A DNA stretch of 64,000 bases, from assembly GCA_002494725.1 (NCBI GenBank), contig DACG01000019.1, positions 19,407 through 83,406 of the forward strand. Direction: 5' to 3'. This document shows, piece by piece, positions 28,393 to 37,517 of this stretch (positions are counted from its first letter, which is position 1; every line of letters begins with the position of its first letter). Below the pieces are notes generated by a model. The model was not told where the DNA came from. It was given only the letters and a program-made list of their open reading frames with translations, and ran no database searches. The translations under genes were made by a program, and so were the position numbers. Source of the DNA: Geoglobus sp. UBA235 (GTDB lineage Archaea; Halobacteriota; Archaeoglobi; Archaeoglobales; Archaeoglobaceae).

Positions 28393-29348
28393 TGAGGGTC
28401 TTTGCAATAGCGGAAGTAAGCTCTGGAGAGCTTGATCCTGTCAGCATTGAACTTCTGAACCTCGCAAATGCTATAAAAGGTGAGGGTAGTGCTGAGGCGG
28501 TTGTGATTGGAAACAATCTCTCAGAATTTGCCGGAGAGCTTGCAAAGCATGCTGATAAAGTGTGGAAAATTGAGGATGGAAGTCTTGAGAACTACAATCC
28601 CGAGATGTACGTTGATGTCCTTCTCCAGCTCTTCTCAAGAGAGAAACCTGATGTCGTGCTCATTCCAAACTCATCGAGAGGGGCTGAATTTGCACCGCTT
28701 TTAGCTGTTAAGCTCAGCGCTCCAATAGTCACAGACATTGTGGGACTTGATTTCAGCAATGGAGTCAAGGCAACCAGATACATATTCCAGGGAAAGCTTC
28801 TGGTTGATGTCCTTGTGAAGGAGTCTGAAAGCTATGTTTTTACAGTGAGGCAGGGTGTGTTCAAGGATGAGTGCAGAGTTGAAGGAGAGGTAGTTGATTC
28901 GGGAATAAAGCCATCAGCATCACCAAAAAGAGAATTTGTTGGCATAGTTGAGCCTGAGGCTGGAGAGGTTGACATAAGCCAGGCTGACATAGTTGTTTCG
29001 GTTGGAAGAGGGATAGATGATGCATCAAACATTGAACTTGCCGAAGAGCTTGCAGAGGTCCTTGGTGGAGTTGTTGCAGGAAGCAGACCCGTTATTGACA
29101 GTGGATGGCTGCCCAAAGACAGACAGGTTGGCATTTCTGGAAAAACAGTGAAGCCAAAGCTTTATCTGGCACTGGGAATAAGCGGTGCTTTCCAGCACAT
29201 AATGGGAATGAAGGACAGCGAATTAATCATAGCGGTCAACAAGGATCCTGAGGCTCCGATATTCGGAGTTGCCCAGTACGGAATTGTTGGAGATCTTTTT
29301 GATGTGGTTCCAGCCCTGATTGAGAAGCTCAGAGAGGTCAAGGGCTGA
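28389..29348 (+). CDS. etfA: Electron transfer flavoprotein alpha subunit
   Basis: 319 aa. It has the FAD-binding C-terminus YLALGISGAFQHIMGM. It overlaps etfB by ATGA. Confidence 0.9.
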   Translation: MMRVFAIAEVSSGELDPVSIELLNLANAIKGEGSAEAVVIGNNLSEFAGELAKHADKVWKIEDGSLENYNPEMYVDVLLQLFSREKPDVVLIPNSSRGAEFAPLLAVKLSAPIVTDIVGLDFSNGVKATRYIFQGKLLVDVLVKESESYVFTVRQGVFKDECRVEGEVVDSGIKPSASPKREFVGIVEPEAGEVDISQADIVVSVGRGIDDASNIELAEELAEVLGGVVAGSRPVIDSGWLPKDRQVGISGKTVKPKLYLALGISGAFQHIMGMKDSELIIAVNKDPEAPIFGVAQYGIVGDLFDVVPALIEKLREVKG

Positions 29349-29631
29349 ATTTCTTTACTTTTTTTCAGATATCATAGATGAAATAAAGAATAATTTCAGG
29401 TGGGAGTATCCTGTAGGTATTCCATCATACGGTACCGGGAGAAAGAAGGTAGCTGTAGATATTGTCTATACTGTATCAGACAAAAAGTGGATCGCAATAG
29501 AAATAGAAATGATTGGGGCGGGAAAAGAATTTAAAAGTGAGCTGATGAGATGCATTTACAAGCTAAAAACTGCTCCTGAATGCAGGAAACAAAGGTATCT
29601 TGCTGCTTTAAAACAAAATTTGAACCGCTGA
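29320..29631 (+). CDS. Hypothetical protein (weak gene call)
   Basis: 103-aa ORF in AT-rich sequence whose start lies inside the etfA 3' end. It contains a VDIVY...IAIEIEM pattern that loosely resembles a PD-(D/E)xK core. It has no recognisable family. Confidence 0.3.
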   Translation: MRSSERSRAEFLYFFSDIIDEIKNNFRWEYPVGIPSYGTGRKKVAVDIVYTVSDKKWIAIEIEMIGAGKEFKSELMRCIYKLKTAPECRKQRYLAALKQNLNR

Positions 29632-29655
29632 ACGTTACAGGAACAATTATCAATC

Positions 29656-29817
29656 ATGAGAATAACTGTGGATGAAGTGAATGGCATGGTAAATGTAAGC
29701 AAGGCTGGACAGATTTTCAGATGTGAAGTATGCGGGAATGTTGTTAAGGTTAAGGAAGTTGGAGGAGGGGAGCTCGTTTGCTGTGGACAGCCCATGACAC
29801 TTGTTTCAAGTCCTTAA
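29656..29817 (+). CDS. dsr: Desulforedoxin-domain protein (53 aa)
   Basis: Not in the ORF track. My translation gives MRITVDEVNGMVNVSKAGQIFRCEVCGNVVKVKEVGGGELVCCGQPMTLVSSP. The CxxC...CC spacing matches D. gigas desulforedoxin (YKCELCGQVVKV..GGGTLVCCG). Confidence 0.75.
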   Translation: MRITVDEVNGMVNVSKAGQIFRCEVCGNVVKVKEVGGGELVCCGQPMTLVSSP

Positions 29818-29827
29818 TATGAACATT

Positions 29828-30079
29828 TCAGAGAACCTCTGTGTAGATCATGTAGGCAAGGATCAGGGCAACGACCACTATTGCAATGTCAAGAATCCTC
29901 AGCTTCATGTCAGAGCCAACTTCCACAGCATTTCTGTAGAGAATGCCTGAGGTTAAATCCCTCTCTCTGACAGCATCAACAGCTTTTTCTCCTTCAACCT
30001 CCTCAACCACCTCTATCTCATCATCATCCATGAGTATGTCAACAATCTTGTCTTTCCTCTCCATACAATCACCAGTCAA
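29828..30079 (-). CDS. Small acidic tail-anchored membrane protein
   Basis: 83 aa (or 78 aa from ATG 30064). It has an acidic N-terminal part and a single C-terminal TM (LDIAIVVVALILAYMIY). It lies immediately downstream of minD. Confidence 0.5.
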   Translation of the reverse strand: MTGDCMERKDKIVDILMDDDEIEVVEEVEGEKAVDAVRERDLTSGILYRNAVEVGSDMKLRILDIAIVVVALILAYMIYTEVL

Positions 30080-30833
30080 ATCTCAATCTCAGCTTTCCGT
30101 AGAGCTTTATTCTGTTTCTGATTCCCAGTATTTTTTCAGCCATTACTATAAAATCTTTTGCCACACCTGATTTTGGCTTGTAACTCACAACAGGGACTCC
30201 AGCCTCCCAGCTTTCTGAGATAAGCTTTGACTCCCTTATCAAACCTGAAAGCTCAATTCCAAGTGTACCCAGAGAGCTTTCAACAACCCTCTTCTCACCA
30301 TCATATCTGTTAAAGACAACACCACCTCTGGCCTTATCCATCTCATTCAGAACACTCAGTACCTTTGAAGCCGTGCTGAGAGATGAAATGTCCGGATTTG
30401 TGACAACGTGAACCTCATCAGCAACAGAGAGGGAAAGAACTGCAAGTCTGCTCAGCCCTGCTGAAACGTCAAGAACGACAACATCACTCTTCTTTTCAAG
30501 AAACTGAATGAATTCTATGAACTTTTCCTCATCAAACTTCTTCAGGAGGTGAGGGGGTGAGAGGGAGGGGACAAAGATGAGTGATGTCAGGTAATTTCCA
30601 ACTCTTGCCTTAAGCCTGTAAATGGGCTCATCCATACCTGCGTTTCCTGAGACAGCATCCATAAGACCGACAGGAGGGTTATCGATCCCGAACTGGAGAT
30701 GGAGATTTGGCAGAACAAAGTCACAGTCCACAACAGCCACCTCGGTAAATGCAGAGAGAGCAACAGCTAAGTTTGCAGAAACTGTTGTTTTTCCAACCCC
30801 TCCCTTGCCAGAAGTGATGGCAATTACGGCCAT
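30069..30833 (-). CDS. minD: MinD/ParA-family ATPase
   Basis: 254 aa. It has the deviant Walker A SGKGGVGKTT. Confidence 0.85.
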   Translation of the reverse strand: MAVIAITSGKGGVGKTTVSANLAVALSAFTEVAVVDCDFVLPNLHLQFGIDNPPVGLMDAVSGNAGMDEPIYRLKARVGNYLTSLIFVPSLSPPHLLKKFDEEKFIEFIQFLEKKSDVVVLDVSAGLSRLAVLSLSVADEVHVVTNPDISSLSTASKVLSVLNEMDKARGGVVFNRYDGEKRVVESSLGTLGIELSGLIRESKLISESWEAGVPVVSYKPKSGVAKDFIVMAEKILGIRNRIKLYGKLRLRFDW

Positions 30834-30935
30834 TTCCAGAATGAGTTGAGATGATGATATATTTACCTTTCCGCTTTTTACCGGAATTTTACCTCCCCGA
30901 AATTTATTTATTCCTAAGGATTGAAAGCAGGAGGA

Positions 30936-32159
30936 ATGACGGTAATCAGATTTCTTGGAGGATGCAGGGAAGTTGGGAGATCAGCGATAATGGTAGACCC
31001 GCTCATACTGGATTACGGGATAAAACCCTCTGATCCCCCTGAATTTCCTGTCAATGGAGTTGCCCCAAAAAGTGTTGTGATCTCACACGGTCACCTTGAT
31101 CATGTTGGTGTCGCACCAAATCTCATGGACTACGATCCAAAGGTTTTCATGACATCTCCAACCAGAGATCTTTCAGACATACTTCTGAAGGATTCCATGA
31201 ACATAATGGAGAATCCGCCCTTTGGCAAGAGAGAGTACATGCAGTTCAATTCCAACACAAGAGAGATCGGATACGATGACACGGTATTGATTGATGGATG
31301 GGAGCTAACATTCTTCAACGCTGGACACATTCCGGGAAGTGCCTCGGTTTACCTCTCAAGGGATGTGAATATACTCTACACGGGGGACGTAAGGCTTGAG
31401 GATACGAGGCTGCTTGAAGGAGCCGATACATCCTTCCCCGAAACGGATATCCTCATAGTGGAGTCCACATACTTTGGGGTTGAGCATCCTGAGAGGAAAG
31501 AACTTGAAAGGCTTTTTGTGGAGAGTGTAACTGAAACCTTGGACATGGGAGGACATGCGATCATCCCCGCCTTTGCGGTTGGAAGAACTCAGGAAATCAT
31601 GATGATTCTGACAAAGCATGGAATAACACCCTACATTGATGGCATGGGAAAGGAGGTTTCGAGGATTCTTGAGAGGTATCCCGATTATCTCAAAAGTGTG
31701 AGGGACCTGAAAAGGGCAATCAGAAAGTCGGTTGTGGTTGAGAGAGGAAAGAGAGAGAGAGTTCTTGAGGAGCCTTCAGCTGTGATAACAACAGCAGGAA
31801 TGCTAAATGGAGGGCCGGCGCTGTTTTACATCTCAAGACTCTACAATGACGAGAAGTCCAAGATAATTCTCACAGGATATCAGGTTGAGGGGACAAATGG
31901 TGACAGGGTGCTGAGAACAAACACTATTGACCTTGGAATGAAAACTGTTAGGCTGAAAATGAAGGTGGAACAGTATGATTTTTCAGCACATGCCGATGAC
32001 TCCCAGCTGAAGGAGCTTGTTAAAAAGGTTGTCAACAGGGGAGCTGAGATGGTCTTCACTGTTCACGGTGAGGAGACGGAGAACTTCGCAAGGTGGATAA
32101 GGGAGGAGCTGGGAGTTGAGAGCTTCGCCCCGAGCAACGGTGATATGTACGTTATATGA
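30936..32159 (+). CDS. MBL/beta-CASP ribonuclease (aCPSF2-like, no KH domains)
   Basis: It has HGHLDHVG, beta-CASP motifs and a C-terminal FSAHAD...VHGE. I chose ATG 30936, which follows AGGAGGA. Confidence 0.8.
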   Translation: MTVIRFLGGCREVGRSAIMVDPLILDYGIKPSDPPEFPVNGVAPKSVVISHGHLDHVGVAPNLMDYDPKVFMTSPTRDLSDILLKDSMNIMENPPFGKREYMQFNSNTREIGYDDTVLIDGWELTFFNAGHIPGSASVYLSRDVNILYTGDVRLEDTRLLEGADTSFPETDILIVESTYFGVEHPERKELERLFVESVTETLDMGGHAIIPAFAVGRTQEIMMILTKHGITPYIDGMGKEVSRILERYPDYLKSVRDLKRAIRKSVVVERGKRERVLEEPSAVITTAGMLNGGPALFYISRLYNDEKSKIILTGYQVEGTNGDRVLRTNTIDLGMKTVRLKMKVEQYDFSAHADDSQLKELVKKVVNRGAEMVFTVHGEETENFARWIREELGVESFAPSNGDMYVI

Positions 32160-32788
32160 GGATAATAGCAATATCAGATATTCATTCCAGATTTTCACTT
32201 CTTGAAAAGCTTCTGGAAACAGAGAGGGCTGATGTTCTCGCTGTGTGCGGCGACGTTACAGATTTCAGTAAGAGAGATGCTGTAAGGTTTGCTGAAGTTC
32301 TTGAGAGATTTAAAGGAATATCGCTTGTTGTACATGGAAACTGTGATTTTGAAGATTCATTTCAGAGAATTGATGGCAGAAACATAAGATTCATCCACGG
32401 GAAAAGCCTCGAGCTGAATGGAATAGGATTTCATGGAACTGGAGGTTCAACCTACACTCCATTCAGCACCCCCTCAGAATACCCTGAAAGTTATTACGAG
32501 AAGATCCTTGGAGAATTCAGCTATGGCAGCACAAACATTCTCATCTCCCACTGCCCACCCTACGGAATTCTCGATCTGACATATTCCGGGAAGAGTGCGG
32601 GAAGCAGAGCCATAAGGGATGTCATCAGCAGGTTCAGGATCATACTCTGTGGACATGTCCATGAAAGAAGGGGAATAGAGAACGAGAAAGGGACTATTGT
32701 AATCAACCCGGGACCACTTTCCAGAGGTTTTTATGCCATTGTAGATCTTGAAAATCCTGAAAAAGCTGAGCTGCTCAGATTAAAGTGA
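32156..32788 (+). CDS. Metallophosphoesterase
   Basis: 210 aa. It has the DIH, GD, GNCD and GHVH motifs. Confidence 0.8.
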   Translation: MRIIAISDIHSRFSLLEKLLETERADVLAVCGDVTDFSKRDAVRFAEVLERFKGISLVVHGNCDFEDSFQRIDGRNIRFIHGKSLELNGIGFHGTGGSTYTPFSTPSEYPESYYEKILGEFSYGSTNILISHCPPYGILDLTYSGKSAGSRAIRDVISRFRIILCGHVHERRGIENEKGTIVINPGPLSRGFYAIVDLENPEKAELLRLK

Positions 32789-32925
32789 GATCAAATGCAT
32801 CCTTGCTGAGCAGATATTAGTTTTTAAACTCTTTTCATTCGCTCCATCCAAAAAGATTTTTTAGGTTCGCATACGAAAATGAGACCGAACCGAATGATTG
32901 AAATATCAAAAATGTTTGAGTTAAA

Positions 32926-32941
32926 ATCAAATTAATTTGAT
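32926..32941. promoter_or_regulatory. Perfect 16-bp palindrome ATCAAATTAATTTGAT upstream of nrdJ
   Basis: It ends 9 nt before the nrdJ ATG and abuts the GGTGGTGAT ribosome-binding site. Confidence 0.35.
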
Positions 32942-32950
32942 GGTGGTGAT

Positions 32951-35221
32951 ATGGAGCTGAATGAAACTGCGAAAGTTGTTCTTGAAAAGAGATACCTGCT
33001 TAAGAATGAGAAGGGAGAGCCCGTTGAAACACCAGATGAAATGTTATGGAGAGTTGCAAATGCTATTGCTGAAGCGGAGCTGAATTATGGTGGTAATGCG
33101 GATGAATGGGCGAGGAAGTTCTATGAGATCATGAACAGCCAGGAGTTCATGCCCAACTCCCCCACCCTAATGAACGCAGGAACACCTCTGGGCCAGCTTT
33201 CTGCCTGTTTTGTCATCCCAGTTGAGGACAGCATTGACGGAATTTTCAAGGCTCTGTGGGATATGGCAAGGGTTCAGAAAAGTGGTGGTGGGACAGGATT
33301 CAGCTTCTCGAGGATAAGACCGAAAGGAGATATAGTCAAGTCAACAATGGGTGTTGCAAGCGGACCTGTAAGCTTCATGAAGATATTCGATTCTGCAACA
33401 GAACAGATAAAGCAGGGGGGAAAGAGAAGAGGAGCAAACATGGGCGTTCTTAATGTGCATCACCCTGATATAGAGGAATTCATAACCGCCAAATGGGAGG
33501 AGGGTGTTCTGAGAAATTTCAACATAAGTGTTGCGGTCACAGACAGATTCATGTCCGCACTGCTGAATGATGAGGAGTATGAACTCATCAACCCGAGAAC
33601 AGGAGAGGTCATGAATAAAATTCCCGCGAGGAAGATCTTCAACCTGATTGTCGAGGGAGCATGGAGAAATGGTGAGCCGGGGGTTGTTTTCATTGATGAG
33701 ATAAACAGAGCCAATCCCACACCCCATGCCGGGATGATTGAGGCAACCAATCCCTGCGGTGAACAGCCTCTTCTGCCCTACGAGTCATGCAATCTTGGAT
33801 CAATAAATCTCTCAAGGTTTGTTGATGAGCGAAAAATGGATTTTGACTGGGAGAGATTGAGGGAAGTGGTTTGGATTGCAACGAGATTTCTTGACAATGT
33901 AATAGACGTGAACAGCTATCCCATACCCGAAATTGAGGAGATGACCAAGAAAAACAGGAAGATCGGCTTGGGTGTGATGGGCTGGGCTGATGCCCTGTTC
34001 AAGCTTGGCATTGCCTATGACAGCCCTGAAGCCGTCGAGCTGGCTGAGAAGGTTATGAGGTTCATTCAGGAAGAGAGTCATAAAGCATCACAGAGCCTTG
34101 CAGAGGAGAGAGGGGCTTTTCCAAACTGGGAGGGAAGTGTGTGGCATGAAAGGGGAGTGAAGATGAGAAATGCCACAACAACAACAATCGCCCCAACAGG
34201 GACAATAAGCATAATAGCAGGGTGCAGCAGTGGAATTGAGCCTGTGTTTGCCTTGGCATACAAAAGAGCAAACATACTGGATGGAGACGAGTTCTTCGAG
34301 GTAAATCCAGTATTTGAAAGAACCTTAAAAGCCCTCGATCTCTATACTGAAGACATACTGAACAGGGTTGTTGAGGAGGGAAGCATACAGACAATTGATG
34401 AAATACCTGAAGAGATAAGAAGGATTTTCAAGTGTGCCCTTGACATCGCTCCGGAATGGCATGTAAGAATGCAGGCAGCGTTTCAGAAGTACACAGACAA
34501 TGCTGTGAGCAAGACAATAAACCTTCCAAATCATGCCACGAAAGCTGATGTTGAAAAAGCATATCTGCTGGCCTACGAGCTTGGATGTAAAGGCATCACT
34601 GTTTACAGAGATGGAAGCAGAGAGGAGCAGGTTCTTTCTGTTAAGAAGACAGAGAAGAAGAGGGATGAGGAGAAGGCAAGGCCACCTGCAAGGCTTCACA
34701 GGCCAAGACCGAGACCAAGGATAACCAAGGGAACAACGGTTGAAACCAAAACAGGATGCGGATCTCTGTATGTTACGATAAATGAAGATGAGTACGGCAT
34801 TGCTGAGGTATTTGTTCAGCTGGGGAAGAGTGGTGGATGTGCAGCATCCCAAACAGAGGCTATAGGGAGATTGCTGAGCGTGGCATTGAGGAGCTGGGTC
34901 GATCCCGAAGCGTTAATACGGCAGCTCAAGGGGATAAGATGCCCCTCCATAGGGTTCGATGATGGAGAGATAGTAACAAGCTGTGCTGATGGTGTTGCAA
35001 AGGTTCTTGAAAAGCATTTAAAAGGAGAGTTCAGAAAGATAAAGCTTGATGTCAAGGGAGTGAAGCCACTAACCGAGTTCACAGGAGAAATTGAAGAAGA
35101 GAGAGAAGAGGGGCAGAGAACAAGGCTGATTGGAGGGATGTGTCCGGAATGCGGTAACATTCTGGAATACGGGGAAGGCTGCATGACCTGCAGAATGTGT
35201 GGATTTACAAAATGCGGATGA
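32951..35221 (+). CDS. nrdJ: Adenosylcobalamin-dependent ribonucleoside reductase (class II)
   Basis: 756 aa. It has the active-site region NPCGEQPLLPYESCNLGS and a C-terminal Cys cluster CPECG...CMTCRMCG. No intein insertion is evident. Confidence 0.9.
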   Translation: MELNETAKVVLEKRYLLKNEKGEPVETPDEMLWRVANAIAEAELNYGGNADEWARKFYEIMNSQEFMPNSPTLMNAGTPLGQLSACFVIPVEDSIDGIFKALWDMARVQKSGGGTGFSFSRIRPKGDIVKSTMGVASGPVSFMKIFDSATEQIKQGGKRRGANMGVLNVHHPDIEEFITAKWEEGVLRNFNISVAVTDRFMSALLNDEEYELINPRTGEVMNKIPARKIFNLIVEGAWRNGEPGVVFIDEINRANPTPHAGMIEATNPCGEQPLLPYESCNLGSINLSRFVDERKMDFDWERLREVVWIATRFLDNVIDVNSYPIPEIEEMTKKNRKIGLGVMGWADALFKLGIAYDSPEAVELAEKVMRFIQEESHKASQSLAEERGAFPNWEGSVWHERGVKMRNATTTTIAPTGTISIIAGCSSGIEPVFALAYKRANILDGDEFFEVNPVFERTLKALDLYTEDILNRVVEEGSIQTIDEIPEEIRRIFKCALDIAPEWHVRMQAAFQKYTDNAVSKTINLPNHATKADVEKAYLLAYELGCKGITVYRDGSREEQVLSVKKTEKKRDEEKARPPARLHRPRPRPRITKGTTVETKTGCGSLYVTINEDEYGIAEVFVQLGKSGGCAASQTEAIGRLLSVALRSWVDPEALIRQLKGIRCPSIGFDDGEIVTSCADGVAKVLEKHLKGEFRKIKLDVKGVKPLTEFTGEIEEEREEGQRTRLIGGMCPECGNILEYGEGCMTCRMCGFTKCG

Positions 35222-35395
35222 TTTCTTATTTATAACACCACTACAAAAATCCCGAGACTGATTTCAGTTAAATGAAACCCAAAAATTTTTCTTTCCGCAA
35301 AACAAGCCAGTCAGATCTGGGTTGTGACATCATCACAAAAAACTCAGATCAACTTTAATTCTGCACGCAATGACTCTGTAAAAAAGAGGGATAGA

Positions 35396-35764
35396 ATGGG
35401 TCTGATGGACAGATTGCTTGGAAGATCGGATGGAGCAAGACCGATTCCTGTGAATGGTGAGAGCTTCGATGAGCTTCTTTTATCAAACAAATATGCTGTC
35501 GTGGATTTCTGGAGTAAATACTGTCCCCCATGTCATGCTGTCGATCCTGTGGTAAAAAAGCTGGCCAGGGAATATCAGGGAAAGGTTCTTTTCCTGAAAA
35601 TCAGTGTGACCTCGAATCCTCAGCTTGCAGAGAGATTCAGGGTTAAGAGTGTTCCAGCATTCCTCTTCTTTGTTGATGGCAAGCTCAAGGACAGAAGAGT
35701 TGGTGCAATGAGCTATGAGGCATTCAAAGACTGGATTGAGAGTTTAATTGGTGGTGATCAATGA
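35396..35764 (+). CDS. trx: Thioredoxin
   Basis: It has the WSKYCPPCH active site. I chose the start at the internal ATG 35396. The track ORF starts at GTG 35324. Confidence 0.85.
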   Translation: MGLMDRLLGRSDGARPIPVNGESFDELLLSNKYAVVDFWSKYCPPCHAVDPVVKKLAREYQGKVLFLKISVTSNPQLAERFRVKSVPAFLFFVDGKLKDRRVGAMSYEAFKDWIESLIGGDQ

Positions 35765-35776
35765 CGTTAATGGGTC

Positions 35777-36721
35777 TCACTCTTGCCTGTCTTTTTTCTC
35801 TTCAAGCAGTCTGTAAAAATCCCTCGGATTTGATATGCAGTTCAGCTCCTCTTTCATGACTATAACAACATTGTCGTGTCTGCATTTGACGTCTCTCTCA
35901 ACAATGTAGGCTGCCATTCTGGAAACGATCTCGCTTATTCTTCCCATGTGGGCCATTCTCTTCCCTATCTCCCTTACCTGTTTTATTCCTGTCAGGACAG
36001 GTTCATTTTCAGGCTTTGATATCACATCAAAGGGAGCATGCTTCACAGGAATGACATCAACGCCAATTTCCTGGAGATTCGAGATTATTTCACCCTCCTT
36101 TTCACCGTATTCATGCATCTCCCCTTCCTCGAATTCTCCGTAGTCCTCGATGAAATTCAGAACATCTATCTCTCTCACAACACTCTCACCGAGTATCTCT
36201 TCAAGCTTGATTGCATTCTCAATGTTTGTGTCTATCCCCTCCTCGTAGAGCATTACTGTTCTCCGCGAGACTCCCAAGAGCATTGCAAGCTCTCCTGCAG
36301 ACATTCCAAGCTCCTCCCTTGCCCTTTTTATCTTCTCATTGTCAAGCCTGACGTAGTATCCACCCGGAGCAGAATAGATGAGAGGTTTCACATTCTCCAC
36401 AACCATGTCATAGAACGTTGCGGTATTCAGGACAGGTATCCCGTATCTTGTGTAAACAACACCCCTCTCGAGGTAGTCTGATTTGTATCTTTCCCCTATC
36501 ACAACAGGGCTTGCCTTCAGCACCTTTGCAATTATCTTCATCTCCTTCGCCATTTCAGACTTGAAGGAATCTATGTTGTAGAGAACCTTCAGGAATATAA
36601 CAACATCTCCCTTTCTGGCTACAACATCGAAGCATCTCGGTTTAGTCTCAGCTAAGTCCGTAACAACGTAACCCGCCCTGTCCAGAATCTTTATCACGTT
36701 CGTTATCAGAAGACCCTGCAT
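35777..36721 (-). CDS. Putative HTH (Cro/C1-type) transcriptional regulator, COG1395-like
   Basis: 314 aa. It has a central XRE HTH (LGMSAGELAMLLGVSRRTVMLYEEG) and an N-terminal domain typical of this archaeal family. Confidence 0.7.
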   Translation of the reverse strand: MQGLLITNVIKILDRAGYVVTDLAETKPRCFDVVARKGDVVIFLKVLYNIDSFKSEMAKEMKIIAKVLKASPVVIGERYKSDYLERGVVYTRYGIPVLNTATFYDMVVENVKPLIYSAPGGYYVRLDNEKIKRAREELGMSAGELAMLLGVSRRTVMLYEEGIDTNIENAIKLEEILGESVVREIDVLNFIEDYGEFEEGEMHEYGEKEGEIISNLQEIGVDVIPVKHAPFDVISKPENEPVLTGIKQVREIGKRMAHMGRISEIVSRMAAYIVERDVKCRHDNVVIVMKEELNCISNPRDFYRLLEEKKDRQE

Positions 36722-36788
36722 TTCTGATTAATACTATGGGAAACGAGTATATAATCTTTTATCTCCAATTCAAAAAATCAGAAAACAG

Positions 36789-37517
36789 TTAGAGAGTGTA
36801 TCCAACAACAAATCTCTCAAACTTTTCATGCTCAAGAAGCTCTCTTGCCGTTCCGCTGAATGCAACCTTTCCACCAATTAGCATCAGAGCGTTATCACTC
36901 ACCTCCAGTGCCTTTATGACATTCTGCTCCACAAGAACAATTGTCAGTCCAAGCTCATCCCTCAGACTCAGGATCCTCTCAAAAACCTGAGATGCAAATT
37001 TTGGAGAGAGCATGGCTGTTGGTTCATCCAGCATGAGAACCCTCGCTCTTCTTATGAGAGCCGATGCTATCCCGAGAAACTGCCTCTCTCCACCGCTCAG
37101 CATCCCTGCCTTTCTGTCCATCTTGTCTCTTAGCTCAGGAAAGACATTCAGAGCAAGTTCAAGCCTGTCGTTATACTCCTGCTCGTCCAGAATGTATCCT
37201 GCTATGATCAGATTCTCCCTGACCGTGAGCTCCGTGAATATGTTGTCTGTCTGAGGGAGATAGGCGATTCCAAGCTTTGTCTTCTCGTGAGGAGGCAGAT
37301 GTGTTATCTCCTCCCCCTCCAGAATGACCTTCCCGTCGTATATCGTTGTGAATCCAAAGATGGACTTGAGAAGAGTTGATTTTCCGCTTCCATTTGGACC
37401 CACAACTGCAGTTATCTTCCTCTTTTCAGCTTTGAAGTTCACATCAAAAAGAATGTGAAGCTCCTTGTATCCGGATGAAAGTCCCTGAGTTTCAAGCACC
37501 GAGGTACACCTCCACAA
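36789..37517 (-). CDS. livF: Branched-chain amino acid ABC transporter ATPase LivF
   Basis: It has Walker A GPNGSGKST and signature LSGGERQ. An alternative GTG start at 37499 would overlap the livG stop (GTGCTTGA). Confidence 0.9.
   Translation of the reverse strand: MWRCTSVLETQGLSSGYKELHILFDVNFKAEKRKITAVVGPNGSGKSTLLKSIFGFTTIYDGKVILEGEEITHLPPHEKTKLGIAYLPQTDNIFTELTVRENLIIAGYILDEQEYNDRLELALNVFPELRDKMDRKAGMLSGGERQFLGIASALIRRARVLMLDEPTAMLSPKFASQVFERILSLRDELGLTIVLVEQNVIKALEVSDNALMLIGGKVAFSGTARELLEHEKFERFVVGYTL

Noticed and set aside
27628-28407. 259-aa minus-strand ORF antisense to etfB
   Set aside because: EtfB on the plus strand is unambiguous. The antisense product has no recognisable features.
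32789-32950. Cobalamin riboswitch upstream of nrdJ (and likewise upstream of cbiM at 50728-50879)
   Set aside because: The regions are too short and AT-rich. They show no B12-box-like GC-rich core or multi-stem architecture. Such riboswitches are also not established in archaea.
32951-35221. Intein in the class II RNR
   Set aside because: The length (756 aa) and the uninterrupted catalytic motifs leave no room for an intein, and I found no intein splicing blocks or homing-endonuclease (LAGLIDADG) motifs. The Pro/Arg/Lys-rich insert (EKKRDEEKARPPARLHRPRPRPR) is a short linker.
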